A DNA stretch of 64,000 nucleotides. It comes from a virus (Duplodnaviria > Heunggongvirae > Uroviricota > Caudoviricetes). A program made the translations under genes and the position numbers. Positions 16,602 to 24,504 of this stretch are shown here, one piece after another. The stretch spans positions 27,405 through 91,404 of IMG/VR virus record IMGVR_UViG_3300027819_000008. One strand, written 5' to 3'. The notes beneath the pieces were generated by a model that did no database searches, was not told the origin of the DNA, and saw nothing but the letters and a program-made list of their open reading frames with translations. Position 1 is the first letter of the stretch. Every line of letters begins with the position of its first letter.

Positions 16602-17243
16602 TCACGTCCCCTCCTTCTGGCAGGCGGGGTCGTCGCACACGACGTAGCACCACGCTGGACCGTGCTCGTCCTCTTCACGGTGGACATGCGCGCTTTGGTT
16701 CCGCGCGCTCGCGATTGCTACGCGCTTGGCCTCCTCCGCGTCGTGGTGCTGCGCGGGGTCGCCGGGCCGCACGGCGTGGCGCTCGATCAGTCCGCTCGGG
16801 GTCGCGGTCGTGTCGTAGATCGTCGTCATCATCCTGTCCTCCGTTCGCCCGCCGCTCGTGCTCGATCGATGCCGCCTCGGCGTCGCTCCCATGGTCCGCG
16901 AGCCCACTCGGTGGAGCAGGGCGCGGGCGCGGCACGACCAGCACGGCAGCGGCTTAAGTTCTCCGGCGATGATGAGCCCACCGAGATTGCATGTGCAGGC
17001 CGTGCGACACCACTCGAGCGGCTGCACCTTGTCGATCGCGTCCTTCAGGGCGAACAGCCGACCGGCCGCCCCCTCCGGCAACGCGTGCCGCGTCTTCTCG
17101 TCCATCTCCGCCTCCCCCGCCGCGCGGCGATCGTCCTGCCGGCGGCGCTTCTTGGACCCGGTTTTGGCCTCGGCGCGGCGGCCCCAGTGGCCCCCGCCGT
17201 TCTTCGCCCCCGCGTGCTCGGTCCTGCGGACCCGGTTCGCCAT
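16602..17243 (-). CDS. hypothetical protein
   Basis: 213 aa. ATG overlaps the helicase TGA (TGATG). Contains a Cys-cluster (CRTACTC...CWSC). Confidence 0.35.
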   Translation of the reverse strand: MANRVRRTEHAGAKNGGGHWGRRAEAKTGSKKRRRQDDRRAAGEAEMDEKTRHALPEGAAGRLFALKDAIDKVQPLEWCRTACTCNLGGLIIAGELKPLPCWSCRARALLHRVGSRTMGATPRRHRSSTSGGRTEDRMMTTIYDTTATPSGLIERHAVRPGDPAQHHDAEEAKRVAIASARNQSAHVHREEDEHGPAWCYVVCDDPACQKEGT

Positions 17244-18826
17244 CACGCCTCCTTCTTAGCGCGGCGCCGGCCACCGCACTTCGCGGGCTTCGCCTCGGAA
17301 GCCGCCGGCCCGTCCGGCGGAACCTGCAAGGCCGCCAGCGCCTGGACCGGCGGCACCTCGCTCTGTGGGTCGCGCACCATGACCAGCGTCTCCTTCGCGC
17401 GGGTCACCGCGACGTAGTGGATATTTTTTTCCTCCTGGTCCACGCGCTTGCCGCGGCAGTAGAGCGTGTCCGCGAGCACGAAGACCCGCGGGGCCTCCAG
17501 CCCCTTGGCGCGGTGGACCGTGCTCAGGACCACGCACGGTCCGCGCTGCTCCCCGAACATCTCGTCGATCCGCGCGAGGAGCTCCGGCACGCCGGCCAGC
17601 CCCTCGCTCAGCGCCTCCAGCGTCTCGTACTGGTCGTACAGCACGTCGATGCGGGCCTGCGCTGACTGCCGCTTGGTCGCGCGCAGCTTGTCGGCCTCAC
17701 GCTCCAGCCACACGTTGAGCCGGGCCAGGAGCTCGGGTACCGCGTCGGTCTTCTGGCGCCGGATCAGCGCGACCAGCGCCTTCGTCATGTCGCGCCCCTC
17801 TATGCGGGCGCGCTTGTTCATCCGGTACAGCGCGAGGCAGTGCTTGGCCAGCGGCGCGTTGAGGCGCGAGAGGATGAAGTCGCTGGGCTCGGCGTCCCGG
17901 AGCATCTGCTGGGTCGTCGCCCGGAGGACCTGGCCCTCGGGCGCCGTCGGGGCCGCGATGAAGTCGGGGCACAGGGGCAGGGCCTCGGCCACGACCGCCT
18001 TCGGGCACCGGTACGTCACGGTCAGGGGCAGCTCCAGGGCGTCCAGCACGCCGCGCAGCCGATCGATGGCGTTGCTGTCCGCGCCGCGGAACCCGTAGAT
18101 CGCCTGCTTGTCGTCGCCGACCACGGCCATGCGCCCGCGGCACAGGCCCATCGCGAGGGCCAGCTGCACCGCGTTCATGTCCTGGGCCTCGTCCACGACC
18201 ACGAGGTCGTACGTCGGGTGGAGCCAGCGGTTGGCCACCGGCAGCCACACCATGTCGTCAAAGTCGATGGTCCCGTCCCGGTCCGTGGCCGAGGCGCAGG
18301 CGTCCAGCGCCATGACCGCGAGGTCCTGCACGGTGATCTTGTCCTCCCACCCGTTCTCCGGCACCACGCCGAACGCGTAGGCCATGTCCACCACGTCCTC
18401 CACCCCGGGGGTGGTCGGGCTGGTGTTCTTGATGACGGCAGCCAGGCGCTTGATCAGGCTGGCCGGGTAGTCCGGGGCGTTGTCCGGGCTGCCCCCGCGG
18501 GCCGCGGCCCAGGCGCGCTTGGCCAACCGAAACCCGCGCTCGTCGTCCACGCGCACGCCCGACCACTGCCGCCGGATGAGGCCGAACCCCAGCCCGTGCA
18601 GGGTCTTGGCCTGCGCGCGGGGGTTCCGCAGCCGCGCCGTCAGCTCGTCCGCGATGCGCTTGTTGAAGGCGCACAGCATGATGCTCGTTTCCGGCGCGAA
18701 GTTGATGGCCTCGAGGATGGTCGTGGTCTTGCCCGTCCCGGCGCGGGCCCGCACCACGAGGTGCCCGGCCCCGACCCTGAACCACTGGAAGATCGCCCGC
18801 TGCTGGTCGCTCCACTCGCGCCCCAT
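17243..18826 (-). CDS. UvrD/PcrA-family SF1 DNA helicase
   Basis: Walker A ARAGTGKT, VVDEAQD, GDDKQAIYGFRGAD, STVHRAKGLE and YVAVTRAK motifs. ATG at 18826 with an AAGGAGG Shine-Dalgarno site; the track N-terminus is encoded by R-element 3. Confidence 0.85.
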   Translation of the reverse strand: MGREWSDQQRAIFQWFRVGAGHLVVRARAGTGKTTTILEAINFAPETSIMLCAFNKRIADELTARLRNPRAQAKTLHGLGFGLIRRQWSGVRVDDERGFRLAKRAWAAARGGSPDNAPDYPASLIKRLAAVIKNTSPTTPGVEDVVDMAYAFGVVPENGWEDKITVQDLAVMALDACASATDRDGTIDFDDMVWLPVANRWLHPTYDLVVVDEAQDMNAVQLALAMGLCRGRMAVVGDDKQAIYGFRGADSNAIDRLRGVLDALELPLTVTYRCPKAVVAEALPLCPDFIAAPTAPEGQVLRATTQQMLRDAEPSDFILSRLNAPLAKHCLALYRMNKRARIEGRDMTKALVALIRRQKTDAVPELLARLNVWLEREADKLRATKRQSAQARIDVLYDQYETLEALSEGLAGVPELLARIDEMFGEQRGPCVVLSTVHRAKGLEAPRVFVLADTLYCRGKRVDQEEKNIHYVAVTRAKETLVMVRDPQSEVPPVQALAALQVPPDGPAASEAKPAKCGGRRRAKKEA

Positions 18827-18843
18827 GGGGGCCTCCTTTTCGT

Positions 18844-18902
18844 CCCGGGCTTGGGACCGGGACTGCACATTACACCGGGAGCCGGCTCCCGGTGCCCTCT
18901 GC
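18844..18902 (-). promoter_or_regulatory. R-element copy 3
   Basis: Hairpin 1 is CACCGGGAGCC-GG-CUCCCGGUG. Hairpin 2 is CCCGG-UCCCAAG-CCGGG. Lies immediately 5' of the helicase Shine-Dalgarno site. Confidence 0.55.
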
Positions 18903-19455
18903 TAGAACAGCGCCTCGCGCAGCTTGACCTCCGCGAGCCACTGGCTGAGCGTCCGGCGCTCCAGCCGGTAGCTCGGGGTGGCGTGCACGTACGTGATCCA
19001 CTGCTCGGGCTCCCGGAGCACCCCGTCCAGGGTCAGGCCGCTCCGCGCGGCGTCCGGCACGTCGGGGGTCTCCAGCCGCCGCACCGGCTCGATCCCGACG
19101 CTGAACGAGTGCCACCGCGCAACCGTCACGTTGCCGCGGTGCGTCCCGTGCTTCGTCTTGTACGTGAGAGTCACCACGAGGTCCGGCCAGCGCGCGTCGT
19201 GGAACGCCACGTCGTACCGCAGCATGTCCGCGATGGCCTCCACCTGCCCGTCCCCGGCCCCGAACGGCAGGCCCCTCCCGGTCAGGCCCCGACGCTGGAT
19301 GCGCCACACGTGCACCTGCTTGATCGTGCGCTTCGGGTCCACCTCGGCGTCCACCCGCAGCTTGCCGGTGGTGTCGTCGTACGCGAGCTTGCCGCGCAGC
19401 GCCCTGGCGGCGCGGTCGGCCTCCCACTTGTCCTCGCACTGCACGCTCACCTTCA
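18902..19455 (-). CDS. hypothetical protein (184 aa)
   Basis: ATG (MKVSVQCEDKW) with an AGGAG Shine-Dalgarno site. Preceded by the degenerate R-element 4. Confidence 0.4.
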
Positions 19456-19471
19456 TGGGTAACTGCTCCTT

Positions 19472-19520
19472 TCCGGCCGGACTTGGGACCGGCCTGCGCA
19501 TTACCGCCACTGCCCGTCCC
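19472..19520 (-). promoter_or_regulatory. R-element copy 4 (degenerate; hairpin 1 absent)
   Basis: GGUAAUGCGCAGGCCGG-UCCCAAGU-CCGGCC then Shine-Dalgarno site. Keeps hairpin 2 with the conserved UCCCAA loop. Confidence 0.45.
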
Positions 19521-19671
19521 CAAACGTGTCCCTGATCCACCGCTTGGGCTTGAGCGTGAGCACCACGAACTCCGGCATCGTGGTCACCGCGTCCAGCTCC
19601 GCCACGTCCCGGACCGGCACGAACTGCGGGTGCCGGCACGTCCCGCACGACACGCTGAGCATCCTGGGCAT
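19501..19671 (-). CDS. hypothetical small protein (56 aa)
   Basis: ATGA overlap with the upstream gene. Cys-x2-Cys motif (SCGTCRH). Confidence 0.3.
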   Translation of the reverse strand: MPRMLSVSCGTCRHPQFVPVRDVAELDAVTTMPEFVVLTLKPKRWIRDTFGDGQWR

Positions 19672-19934
19672 CACCGCCCGCCTTTCTTGACCGGGCACAC
19701 CCACACCGCGGTCTCGTCGTGCTCCTCGTTGTGGTAGAGGTGCACCGTCCCCCGCAGCTTGCCGCCGAGGTTCCGGGCCAGCGCGTCCATCGGGTCGGTG
19801 CGCTCGCCGAGGTACACCGGGAAGGCCCCGGCCTTCCGCAGCTCGTCCTGCAGCACCTCGGCCTGCGCGTCGTCCTCGCGCATGGCGGCCAGGAACTGCG
19901 CGTCCACCTTCCGCTTCAGCTGGGCGTACGTCAT
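19671..19934 (-). CDS. hypothetical protein (87 aa)
   Basis: TGATG overlap with the upstream gene. Confidence 0.35.
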   Translation of the reverse strand: MTYAQLKRKVDAQFLAAMREDDAQAEVLQDELRKAGAFPVYLGERTDPMDALARNLGGKLRGTVHLYHNEEHDETAVWVCPVKKGGR

Positions 19935-20116
19935 CACTTGGCCTCCTCAGCCCGCGGGAACGCGTACCGCTCCACGCGCATGAAATTGGACTTCTGCTCC
20001 AGCTTAGTGATGAACTGCTGCATGCCGCGCTCGCTGCGGAACGACTTTTCCTTGGTGGTGAACTCGCCGCGCCGGTTGGTCTCGGTCCACTGGATCGTCC
20101 ACGTACCCATTACCAT
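19934..20116 (-). CDS. hypothetical small protein (60 aa)
   Basis: TAATG overlap with the upstream gene. Lys/Glu/Thr-rich, non-junk composition. Confidence 0.35.
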   Translation of the reverse strand: MVMGTWTIQWTETNRRGEFTTKEKSFRSERGMQQFITKLEQKSNFMRVERYAFPRAEEAK

Positions 20117-20364
20117 TAATGGTTCTCCCTTTTCACCAGCGTGGCGTACGTCTTGTCCATCTCGTACTCCTGTACCCGGAGGATGGCCCCGCGCGCAATG
20201 ACCCGGAGCCGGCGCTCAAACCCGGCCGGCGCGAGTTCATCACCCTGCTCGTCCACCTCGTACCCGCTCAGCGCGACCGGCGTGTCCCTGACGACCCGGA
20301 GGTAGCGTCCGCACCGCTCGCTCAGCACCGAGCCCCTGAACCACACCTTTACGTACCGGACCAT
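20116..20364 (-). CDS. hypothetical protein (82 aa)
   Basis: ATG with an AAGGGAGG Shine-Dalgarno site. The track N-terminus MREPGPNP comes from R-element 5. Confidence 0.35.
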   Translation of the reverse strand: MVRYVKVWFRGSVLSERCGRYLRVVRDTPVALSGYEVDEQGDELAPAGFERRLRVIARGAILRVQEYEMDKTYATLVKRENH

Positions 20365-20379
20365 GTGGCCTCCCTTGCG

Positions 20380-20440
20380 CCGGGGGTTGGGACCCGGCTC
20401 CCGCATTACACGGTGGGGCGGGCCCACCGTGCCCTCTGCG
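20380..20440 (-). promoter_or_regulatory. R-element copy 5
   Basis: Hairpin 1 is CACGGUGGG-CCCG-CCCACCGUG. Hairpin 2 is identical to copy 1. Confidence 0.55.
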
Positions 20441-20977
20441 TTACGACTTGGAGTGCACCTCGCACCGCCCCGCGATGATCGGGCACGTGGCCGCGGTAAA
20501 CGCTGCCGCATGATCCGCGCGCCAGCGCCGCTGCCATTCCGCGTTGCGAGCGTCCTGAAGCCGACCGGCTTCGACCCCCACCGCAGCGTTGTCCGTGGCC
20601 GCGTGATCCGCGCACCGATCACCCCGCGTCGCGTCCTTTGTGCACTGCACCGCGCGCACCAGCGGCAGAATGCCGTTAGAGTACTCCGGCCCGGTCACCA
20701 GCTTGAGGCCGGCGCAGCGGACCCGGTCGCGGCTCTCGACCGGCACGTTCACCACCGGGGCCGTGAACACCCGCGCGTACTGCGCCTGGGCCCACGCCTT
20801 GGCCCAGAGGGTACCGACCCGCTTCAGGGCCAGCGCCTGCGAGCCGTGGAAGGAGTACGCGATCAGCTTGCCGTCGTCCTTGCGCTCCACCACGACCGCC
20901 GCCACGTACTCGTGCTCCGTTTTGCGTTCCGCGATCAGCTGCCCGTCCACGATCACCTGCGCCTTGAACTTGGCCAT
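20441..20977 (-). CDS. hypothetical protein (178 aa)
   Basis: ATG (MAKFKAQVIVDG). First gene downstream of the 450-bp control region. Confidence 0.4.
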   Translation of the reverse strand: MAKFKAQVIVDGQLIAERKTEHEYVAAVVVERKDDGKLIAYSFHGSQALALKRVGTLWAKAWAQAQYARVFTAPVVNVPVESRDRVRCAGLKLVTGPEYSNGILPLVRAVQCTKDATRGDRCADHAATDNAAVGVEAGRLQDARNAEWQRRWRADHAAAFTAATCPIIAGRCEVHSKS

Positions 20978-21004
20978 GGTAGTCGTCTCCTTTGGGGGTG
21001 CACT

Positions 21005-21070
21005 GCGTCCTCTGCCTTTGGGTCCCGACTTGGAACGGGCCGCGCGGTGCGCGCGGGTGGCATTACGCTC
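21005..21070 (-). promoter_or_regulatory. R-element copy 6 (rearranged variant)
   Basis: GUAAUGCCAC, hairpin CCGCGCGCACCGCGCGG, then GGGACCCAAAGGCAGAGGA, then AAAGGAG Shine-Dalgarno site and ATG. Confidence 0.4.
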
Positions 21071-21289
21071 GTGGCGTACCCGGGGACGTGCGGCCGGCGG
21101 CGGTCATGTGATGACCCGCCATGTGGTGGCCCTGGTCCCCGTTCAGCTGGCGACCCGTCCGGCGCCTCCATCGTGCGCCTTGGGGTGGGGGTCTGGCCCT
21201 GCGTCCGCCGTGGTCCCCCTTACCGCCCCGCCGGGTTTTGCTGGTCCCGGCTACCCACCGCGTTCACTGCAACTCCCTACCTGACACCA

Positions 21290-21375
21290 CCATTAAACCA
21301 CCCCCGGGGGTGTTGATCAAGCGAAAAAATCAGGGGGTTTTATTGGGGTTTTCGCGTGTTTTGGCCCCCGCGCAA
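21290..21375. promoter_or_regulatory. AT-richer repeat tract (GGGGTTTT x3, CCCCCGGGGG, TTGATCAA) in a large intergenic region
   Basis: Local GC is far below the genome average. Lies between the primase stop and the early small-gene cluster. A nearby inverted repeat GGTCAT-GTG-ATGACC is at 21102-21116. Confidence 0.3.
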
Positions 21376-21426
21376 CGGTGGGTCAAGCACAGATCCCGGC
21401 GCGCACCGGAGGAACATTAAGGCGCC

Positions 21427-22443
21427 CTAATACCCGCGCAGGATGTCCGAGACCAGCGAGGCGGGGCCCGCGCCCGCGCTCCGGCGCTCCAGATCCGCCC
21501 CGGAGCCGGAATCCTTGCCGCCGACCCACGCGCCGACCTGCACCGGGAACCCCCACGCGCGCAGGTCCTCGGCGTACAGCCGGCCCCGGGCCTGTGCCGC
21601 GGGCTCGTTGTCCAGCGCGGGGATGACGCGCGACGGCTCCAGCGCCGCGATCAGCGCCAGCTTCTCCGGCGTCAGCGCGACGCCGAGGAGCGCGAGCGCG
21701 TGCGGGCGGCGGTCACGGTCGTCGCGGTGCCAGCGCATGGCGTCCCCCGGACCCTCCACCAGCAGCAGCTCCGCGCCGCGCAGCTCCGGCCGGTAGTTGA
21801 AGAGCATGGCGGAGGCCGGACGCCCGCACTCCTTCATGTAGGCCGACGTGCGGTACTTCGGCTCCTGCCCCGGCAGCAGCGCGCGGGCCTGGAACGCGAC
21901 CGGCCCCGGCATGCAGATCGGGATGACGATGCGGCGCGCGTAGGGCCCTGACCAGCACGAGCCGAGGCCCCACACCGCGGCCTGCGACCAGCCGAGCCCC
22001 CACTGGCGCTGTAGGAACCCGGCCGCGCCCCGCGTGAGCGGGGAGGTGGGACTGAGGTCGCGCAGCCAGCGGACCTCCTTCGGGAAGGTGACCCAGTCGT
22101 CCCCGCGCTCCGGGACGGGCGCGCGCGCGGTGGGGGCGCCACGGAACTCCCGGAGCAGGAACTGCCAGGCCTCGGGCCGGGTGATGCGTTCCACGCGAGC
22201 GACCCACTCCGCGGCCCCGCCGTCCAGGCGCTCATTTGCCGCGCACCCGAGGTTGAAGCACCCGGCCGTCCACCCGGTGACGGAGAGCCACCCACGACCC
22301 TTGCGCTCGCCGCAGAGCGGGCAGTCGAAGGTGCGGACGCCCTGATCGTAGCCGCGCCCGCCGGCCGTGTTGCGGATCGTGACGCGCCGAGTGAGGTAGC
22401 GCTCCAGGTCCACGGTGAGCCGCGCGGTGGCCCAGCCGGTCAC
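21427..22443 (-). CDS. DNA primase (zinc finger + TOPRIM, DnaG/T7-gp4-like)
   Basis: CPLCGERKGRGW...GCFNLGC zinc finger. TOPRIM motifs LLLVEGPGDAMR (EGxxD) and ALDNE (DxD). Confidence 0.8.
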   Translation of the reverse strand: MTGWATARLTVDLERYLTRRVTIRNTAGGRGYDQGVRTFDCPLCGERKGRGWLSVTGWTAGCFNLGCAANERLDGGAAEWVARVERITRPEAWQFLLREFRGAPTARAPVPERGDDWVTFPKEVRWLRDLSPTSPLTRGAAGFLQRQWGLGWSQAAVWGLGSCWSGPYARRIVIPICMPGPVAFQARALLPGQEPKYRTSAYMKECGRPASAMLFNYRPELRGAELLLVEGPGDAMRWHRDDRDRRPHALALLGVALTPEKLALIAALEPSRVIPALDNEPAAQARGRLYAEDLRAWGFPVQVGAWVGGKDSGSGADLERRSAGAGPASLVSDILRGY

Positions 22444-22452
22444 AACAGTAGA

Positions 22453-22520
22453 GGAGGGAACGCCGGGAGTTGAACCCGGTCACCCGGCTTGTGGCCAGAG
22501 CTCACGTGGCTTACGTTCCC
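22453..22520 (-). ncRNA. tRNA-like minihelix (perfect 7-bp acceptor stem + canonical T-arm, no D/anticodon arms)
   Basis: On the minus strand: GGGAACG, UA, a 32-nt spacer, T-stem CCGGG, T-loop UUCAACU, T-stem CCCGG, CGUUCCC, then U and CC. Too short (66 nt) for a canonical tRNA. Confidence 0.35.
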
Positions 22521-22530
22521 CGTGGCGAAC

Positions 22531-22797
22531 CTACCGCGTCCAGCCCTGCTGCTTTGGCACCGGAGGCGGTGTGCGTGGATCCGGCGCGCGCAGGCGCTCG
22601 GCCATCGCCGCGTCGCCGATCTTGGTCAGCTCGGCTAGGGCCTCCCGCTCCATCAGCGCCGCGTTCTCGCCGACCTGGGCCGCCGTCATCTTGGCCTCCC
22701 CCGGCAGGGCGGCGTCCCACCCCAGCTCCAGCGTGACCTCCTCGGCCTCGTACTGCTTCGGCTGCCACTGCCGGCGCCAGCGGATGAGCAGCCTCAC
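22531..22797 (-). CDS. hypothetical protein (88 aa)
   Basis: GTGA overlap start. Confidence 0.3.
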   Translation of the reverse strand: MRLLIRWRRQWQPKQYEAEEVTLELGWDAALPGEAKMTAAQVGENAALMEREALAELTKIGDAAMAERLRAPDPRTPPPVPKQQGWTR

Positions 22798-22991
22798 GCG
22801 CTGAGCTCCTCCTCGATGGCCACGTGGTCGTAGGCCCCGAGGAGGAGCGTGACCTTGTGGTCCGGGGTCTCGGTGCTGTAGTGGGCCCCCACGAACGCCA
22901 GCGACTGGTCCCCGACGATCGGGTTGGAGGAACTGCGCCACACGGTCGCCTTGCCCGACGCCGCGGTCACCACGGTGATCTTGTACTTCAC
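22794..22991 (-). CDS. hypothetical protein (65 aa)
   Basis: Lower-GC codon usage (MKYKITVVTAASGKATVW...). Confidence 0.35.
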   Translation of the reverse strand: MKYKITVVTAASGKATVWRSSSNPIVGDQSLAFVGAHYSTETPDHKVTLLLGAYDHVAIEEELSA

Positions 22992-23215
22992 GTCTCACTC
23001 CTTTTGCGCCCATCCACGTAGCCGAGGAACGCGTCGCGTGGCAGCGCTCGGGCTACCGGCCAGCCGTACATGATGTGGCCGACCTGGACGTTGAGGGCCG
23101 CGCGCTCCTGGGCCTGCTCCGGCGTCGTCCCGTCATTGCACAGGACGATCAGCCGCGACACGATGCGCTGGTCCCAGGTGAGCGGCCGCGGGTTGTGCTC
23201 GAAGGCGCTGTGCAT
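22988..23215 (-). CDS. hypothetical protein (~75 aa)
   Basis: ATG at 23215 (MHSAFEHNPRPLTWDQRIVSRLIVL...). The track N-terminus is junk. Confidence 0.3.
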   Translation of the reverse strand: MHSAFEHNPRPLTWDQRIVSRLIVLCNDGTTPEQAQERAALNVQVGHIMYGWPVARALPRDAFLGYVDGRKRSET

Positions 23216-23220
23216 GTTCG

Positions 23221-24504
23221 CTATCCCTTCACGCAGAGGACACCCTTGAGCACGTGCACCACGTCCACCAGGTCGGCCTGCGCGGCCATGACCGCGTCTA
23301 TGTCCTTGTAAGCTGCCGGCGTCTCGTCCAGCACCCCGGCATCCTTGCGGCACTCCACGCCGGCCGTCGCGGCCTCGTGGTCGGCCACCGTGAACTCCCG
23401 CTTGGCCCGGCCACGCGACATGCGGCGCCCGGCCCCGTGGCTGCACGACTGGAACGACTCGGGGTTCCCCCTGCCGCGCACGATGTACGACCGCGCGCCC
23501 ATGCTGCCGGGGATGATGCCGAGGTCGCCGAGGCCGGCGCGGACCGCGCCCTTGCGGGTCACCAGCACCCGCTCGCCGAAGTGGACCTCCTCGGCGACGT
23601 AATTGTGATGGCAGTTAACGACGACCTCGCACGCCCCGAGCCCCGACGCCCAGTAGGGCGCGCTGCCGCTGGGCGCGAAGGCGAACGTGTGCTTCTGGAC
23701 CGCGGCGAGGACGGCGCGCAGCATGACCTCCCGGTTGGTCGCGGCGTATCGCTGTGCCCACCCCACCGCCTCGACGTAGTCGTCGTACAGCGGCGTGCCC
23801 CGCGACAGCCACGACAGGTTCGGGTCGTGGCCCTGCGGGAGGCCGGCCGCGGCCTGTGGGAGCGTGGCGAACGCCATCTCCAGCGGGTGCGTCGCGACGT
23901 ACTCCTTGGCCTTGTCGATGAAGTACTGCCCGATGCCGTTGCCGACCCCGCGGCTGCCGCTGTGGAGCATGACCCACACGCGCTGCTCCTCGTCCAGGCA
24001 CACCTCGACGAAGTGGTTGCCCCCGCCGAGCGTCCCGAGCTGACAGAGTGGCGTCTGGCGCCGGCTCCTGACCGCCAGCGGGTGCTTCTGGTGAATCGCC
24101 GCGTAGCCGGCGGCTAGCGGATTCACACCGCCCGCCCACTCCCCGAACGGCGCGCGATCCTCCCGGTGGGCGCCGAACCCGACCGGCACGCCCCACTCTA
24201 TGTCCGCGCGCATGGTCTTCAGGCTCTCCGGCAGGTCGGACGCGGTCAGCGGCGTGCGCGCGGCAACCATGCCGCACCCGATGTCCACCCCGACCGCGGC
24301 CGGCACGATTGCCCCCACGGTCGCGACCACCGACCCGATCGTTGCGCCCATGCCCCAGTGCACGTCCGGCATCACCGCGAGGTGGCGAAAGATGAACGGC
24401 AGGGCCGCCGTGTTCCGCAACTGGTTCAGCGCCTCGTGCTCGACCTCGACGCCGTCGGTCCACATCTTGATCGGCGCGCGCCCCTTTTCCACGATCTCCC
24501 TCAT
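23221..24504 (-). CDS. rtcB: RtcB RNA 3'-phosphate/2',3'-cyclic phosphate-5'-OH ligase
   Basis: MPDVHWGMGATIGSV, GCGM, GGGNHFVEV, HSGSRGVG, NCHHNY, GSMG and SCSHGAGR motifs. ATG at 24504 overlaps the upstream TGA. Confidence 0.9.
   Translation of the reverse strand: MREIVEKGRAPIKMWTDGVEVEHEALNQLRNTAALPFIFRHLAVMPDVHWGMGATIGSVVATVGAIVPAAVGVDIGCGMVAARTPLTASDLPESLKTMRADIEWGVPVGFGAHREDRAPFGEWAGGVNPLAAGYAAIHQKHPLAVRSRRQTPLCQLGTLGGGNHFVEVCLDEEQRVWVMLHSGSRGVGNGIGQYFIDKAKEYVATHPLEMAFATLPQAAAGLPQGHDPNLSWLSRGTPLYDDYVEAVGWAQRYAATNREVMLRAVLAAVQKHTFAFAPSGSAPYWASGLGACEVVVNCHHNYVAEEVHFGERVLVTRKGAVRAGLGDLGIIPGSMGARSYIVRGRGNPESFQSCSHGAGRRMSRGRAKREFTVADHEAATAGVECRKDAGVLDETPAAYKDIDAVMAAQADLVDVVHVLKGVLCVKG

Noticed and set aside
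14941-20440. MREPGPNP... N-terminal extensions on several early proteins
   Set aside because: They are encoded by the conserved R-element DNA upstream of the real Shine-Dalgarno site and start codon. This is not a shared protein domain.
22444-22530. Canonical full-length tRNA gene
   Set aside because: Only 66 nt lie between the acceptor ends. No D-arm or 5+7+5 anticodon arm can be drawn. Retained only as a tRNA-like minihelix or possible attP core.
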